Positions 14,545-14,612 of a stretch of DNA of 14,612 bases are shown piece by piece. A program made the translations under genes and the position numbers. Under the pieces are notes generated by a model. That model worked only from the letters and a program-made list of their open reading frames with translations, was not told the origin of the DNA and did no database searches. The stretch covers positions 1-14,612 of the forward strand of contig JBGSTX010000072.1 in assembly GCA_041736305.1 (NCBI GenBank), in the 5' to 3' direction. This stretch comes from Oligoflexus sp. Its GTDB lineage: Bacteria > Bdellovibrionota_B > Oligoflexia > Oligoflexales > Oligoflexaceae. Numbering within the stretch: the stretch's first letter is position 1; each line of letters opens with the position of its first letter.

Positions 14545-14612
14545 GTATCCCGATCCCTTGCTCTCAAAGCACAAGAAGCTCTGCAGAAATGTCGATGCTG
14601 TGCGCAGAGACC

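Noticed and set aside
1-14612. CRISPR array, tRNA/rRNA, Cas13 or Csm6 identity for the HEPN-like protein
   Set aside because: No repeat-spacer array or structural RNA gene seen; only one convincing Rx4H motif and no CARF domain or cas neighbours.

Overview
Gene-dense bacterial chromosomal segment of roughly balanced GC with eight protein-coding genes, seven on the minus strand. The gene content is reminiscent of Bdellovibrionota/Oligoflexia or a related former delta-proteobacterium (inference only). In the direction of minus-strand transcription (right to left): pseudo-receiver/TPR-like protein, ExeA/GspA-type AAA+ ATPase, TamB/AsmA-like protein, large multi-POTRA Omp85 (BamA/TamA family), a plus-strand secreted beta-propeller-like protein, an ~837 aa helical HEAT-like protein with a C-terminal HEPN-type signature (ExxxR ... 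RNRAAH), a receiver-like protein with a degenerate GGDEF domain (GSADF), and the 5' part of a FabG-like short-chain dehydrogenase missing from the ORF track. The best novelty candidate is the HEAT-like + HEPN protein, a possible sensor-gated ribonuclease in an envelope-biogenesis/signalling locus rather than an obvious defence island. Other points: the probably inactive GGDEF protein, tamB-before-Omp85 gene order with an enlarged Omp85, and apparent loss of SDR-like sequence in the first ~70 bases. No rRNA, tRNA, CRISPR array or transposase was recognised. All calls come from reading motifs by eye; no searches were run.
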